From Adineta vaga (taxonomy: Eukaryota; Animalia; Rotifera): DNA of 64,000 nucleotides. Location: positions 1,054,001-1,118,000 of the forward strand of contig CP075494.1 of the NCBI GenBank assembly GCA_021613535.1, given 5' to 3'. Below are positions 60,912 to 64,000 of the stretch, piece by piece (position 1 is the first letter of the stretch; every line of letters starts with the position of its first letter). The notes below the pieces were generated by a model. That model ran no database searches. It was not told where the DNA came from and was given only the letters and a program-made list of their open reading frames with translations. The position numbers were made by a program, and so were the translations under genes.

Positions 60912-61877
60912 ATGTCTGTAACAAACTTACTATATATACAACGAGAAATAACACGATATGGTTTTAGTATTTATCTCGCATTAGGTCTTATCGGCAATGT
61001 TTTCAATTGTATTATGTTCACACGACGTCCATATCGTCATACACCCAGTTCTCTCTATCTTCTTTCCTTATCAATCTTCTCTATAATGTATTTAATGTGG
61101 ATACTTGTTCCATCTATTTATGCATTATATTATGGTGATCCTCAAACACAATCGGTAACTTATTGTAAAATGAGACTTTATATCAGTCATGTTTTTAATT
61201 TATACTTGCGCTATTCTGTTGTATTTGCTTCTGCAGATCGATATTTTATTACTCGAACAAATGTTCATCTTCGTTCATTGAGTTCGATTAAAACAGCGAT
61301 AAAACTTCTTCTTACTATGTTTATCCTTTGTCTATTAATAGCTATACATATGCCTATTTTAATGAACATAAGAAATGGTGTTTGTGGTATGATTGGCATA
61401 TACAAACTATTGTATGCAATTTATCAATCCATTGTTTCTGGTCTTTTACCGATAATATTGATGAGTCTCTTTAGTATTTTTACTATTAGAAGTCTTTATC
61501 AAAGACATCATAGTATTCAAACACATATTAAAGAAAATGATCGACATCTGACACGTATGGTTATTGTTGAAGTTATAGTCAATGTTATTACAGCAATTCC
61601 TTATTCAGCAAATCTTTTGTATGGCGCATTAACATATTTTGTTACAAATAAGAGTGTTGAGCGTCTAGAAATCGAATCATTTATTACCTTTATTACTCAA
61701 TTTATGATTTACTTTGTTGGTGTTACTCCTTTCTATCTATTCTTTTTAACATCGAAAACATTTCGAAAACAATTTATCGATTTGTTTGTCAAATTTTATC
61801 ATCAACATCTATTACGTCGAGTACAGATTGGTCCATTACATGATCGACATGCAATACAAACAAACAATTCGTTTTAA
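60912..61877 (+). CDS. Rhodopsin-like 7TM GPCR (lineage-expanded type)
   Basis: GLIGN, SLYLL, YCKMRLY, ASADRY, M..VEV and PFYLF..TSKTFR motifs; intronless. Confidence 0.88.
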   Translation: MSVTNLLYIQREITRYGFSIYLALGLIGNVFNCIMFTRRPYRHTPSSLYLLSLSIFSIMYLMWILVPSIYALYYGDPQTQSVTYCKMRLYISHVFNLYLRYSVVFASADRYFITRTNVHLRSLSSIKTAIKLLLTMFILCLLIAIHMPILMNIRNGVCGMIGIYKLLYAIYQSIVSGLLPIILMSLFSIFTIRSLYQRHHSIQTHIKENDRHLTRMVIVEVIVNVITAIPYSANLLYGALTYFVTNKSVERLEIESFITFITQFMIYFVGVTPFYLFFLTSKTFRKQFIDLFVKFYHQHLLRRVQIGPLHDRHAIQTNNSF

Positions 61878-62459
61878 AATCGACTTAATTCTATAACAAT
61901 AAAGTTAATTTGTCTATGTGAATAGATTTTATGTATTTGATGTAGAATTATTTTACTCACAATAATAGCTGGTATATAACAAATAATTATCAAGTCATGA
62001 TAAAATGAAATTGTTTCGATTAAAATATAAATATCTAAAACGTAATACATATTAAAAACATACGAACAATTGAACGTCAATATAAATCAATAATTGTTAA
62101 ATATATTGTGACAATTTATTAACAGATATTCTGGATAATTTAACATGAAATCGACATAGGATAAATAAAAGATAGTCGCATCTTTAGTTTGATTTTGAGA
62201 ATAGATATTCAATGTTTTGCTTATAAATAATTATGAATGAAATTGAAGATAATCAAAACGTTTTATCTAATATTTATTAATTATTCTTTAAGATAAATTT
62301 GAATATATGGATCTGATCAATAATAAACGATCCGCACCCAAACTCTCAAAATCTGAGAGATTCTCTCGTGAATACTTTTCTAGATTTTAATTATTATTAA
62401 AAATATCCTTGAAAATTACCAGTAATAGTCTTATTAATCATCGCATTTCTTTATATTAT

Positions 62460-63070
62460 TTGTTGATGTTCAGTTCAAATAATGTCTGTATAATTGAGAC
62501 TTCCCAATTTGAACGTATTGAAATTATTTCGATAGTTTTGATACAACATAGATTCGGGAAAAAATATCAGCAAATAATCATATTTTCCATCAGAAAATGA
62601 AATACTTCTTCTTCCTGCTACATCATTCAAAGTTCATATGGTCTTCATGTAATTCAATTAGAAAAAACACAATCTATTTCTACTTTTATATTCTCACTCA
62701 GTACAGTTTGATCAGAGTAGAAACAAGTCAATTGCAGGTATAAGAAAACAATGATTTTACTCTTTCCTAATTTTTATCTATTTTCTATTCTAGACCATTA
62801 TCAGAAGGACTTTCGTTTCTTGTCAATGTTCTTACAAATAATAATACGATTATAATAATCTTACTATTGCACATACTGGTATCACAGATGAAGGTATAAA
62901 GCATCTCGTTCAAATGATCAAATATGGTCGAGCATTATCCTATCTCTTCTTATCTTATTGTAATTTCTCTCCGACAGGAAAAGAACGACTCAAAACAAAA
63001 ATTTTCATTCGAAATTCTTCAATTTTACAATTGACAATGAAAGATTTGAGAGTATGAATATCATATGACT
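62460..63070 (+). pseudogene. Decayed ART + LRR gene
   Basis: From 62551: DSGKNISK*SYFPSENEILLLPATSFKV..GLHVIQL (ART ExE region); after a GT-AG intron, an LRR remnant TGITDEGIKHLVQMIK...LSYLFLSYCNFSPTGKERLK. Confidence 0.7.
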
Positions 63071-63113
63071 AATACGCACTCATATATTCAAGTTCAGAAT
63101 TCGTGCAGTGATG

Positions 63114-63172
63114 CTAGAGCGGATGAATGTTATTGAGTTTATTTTTATCCTTACAGACACCCACACCCTCTG
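63114..63172. repeat. Telomere-like element (clear right arm)
   Basis: cacccacaccctc at 63158-63170; degenerate left arm gagcggatgaatgt. Confidence 0.5.
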
Positions 63173-63250
63173 ATTTCGAATCGCCCAACTTAATACAATA
63201 CCTTTGCGATTAGCACGATCTATTATAGTTGTGTGAAATAGTTGAAAACA

Positions 63251-64000
63251 ATGAGTTCATTAAATGTTTATCTTGTGACTGGTGGTAAGCATTCGTTTTT
63301 CATTTATATTTTAACAAAACTGTACTATTTTTATTTTCGATATTGATAAGGAGCTGGCTTTATCGGAAGTCATCTAATTGATCGTTTAGTTGAACTTAAT
63401 ATTGGTAATGTTATTTTATTGGATAATTTCGATGATTATTAGTCACCTGATCTGAAACGAGCCAATGTTGAATGGCTTCAAGATCGTCATCAAATTCGTG
63501 TACTTGATGGTCGCTTTGCTATTATTCAAGGCAGTATCAATGATAAACAGCTCCTTACGAATATTTTCAATACCTATAATATCACACACATTGCTCATTT
63601 AGCAGTATATATAATTTATTTAACTAAATTTCATCAGTATAATAATATGCTGATCTTTTGATATTAGGCGCGTGCTCGAGTTCGATCATCGTCGTCTGAA
63701 ATAGATTGCTATATGAATGTCAACTGTGTGGGCACACAATTATTGCTCAGCTTCGCTGCATTGCATAATGTTAGATTGTTTGTTTTTGCTTCGACTTCAA
63801 GTGTTTACGGTCAAACAAGTACTGTTCCATTTGTTGAAACTGATTCCTGTGCAAAACCATTGTCACCTTACGCTGCGACAAAGCGATCAGGAGAAATTTT
63901 GGCGCATGTTTATCATAATTTGTATGGCTTAAATGTAACTATACTTCGTCTATTCAATGTCTATGGACCAGGTGGTCGACCTGACATGATGCCATTCAAG
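63251..64000 (+). pseudogene. UDP-glucuronate 4-epimerase-like extended SDR (runs off window), in-frame TAG
   Basis: VTG|GAGFIGSH, DNFDDY*SP, HLA|A...VR.S, ASTSSVYG, SPYAATK, LR.FNVYGP.GRPDM; stop at 63440-63442; two introns. Confidence 0.85.

Noticed and set aside
15868-63442. Stop-codon reassignment explaining the in-frame stops
   Set aside because: The stops fall at positions expecting different residues (TGA for probable Arg; TAG for Tyr and probable Ser), and TGA/TAG also end normal genes here
1-64000. tRNA, rRNA or prokaryotic features
   Set aside because: None recognisable by eye; spliceosomal introns across the window argue against bacterial contamination

Overview
AT-rich eukaryotic DNA with short GT-AG introns (mostly 50-70 nt). 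The gene content points to a bdelloid rotifer (inference): ART-TPR, NHL and FG-GAP proteins, divergent GPCRs, an NR1J-type nuclear receptor and several fungal/bacterial-type enzymes. About 25 genes or pseudogenes are present, plus piggyBac, hAT-like, Tc1 and MITE elements. Highlights: (1) A set of R-S-E ADP-ribosyltransferases (ARTs) fused to different repeat sensors. It includes a spliced 1071-aa type II membrane 'receptor-ART' (ART-TM-14 FG-GAP repeats), two ART-TPR proteins (one with a homogenised 126-nt repeat array) and a decayed ART-LRR. (2) A dispersed non-coding element of inverted telomere-like arms (CTTGAGGGTGTGGGTG...CACCCACACCCTCAAG) with unrelated spacers, often just downstream of stop codons. 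(3) An intronless, frameshifted ORF pair with motifs reminiscent of viral cap 2'-O-methyltransferases. (4) An intron-containing ATP-grasp ligase of non-metazoan type. (5) Many disabled genes. All family calls come from motif reading by eye, not database searches.
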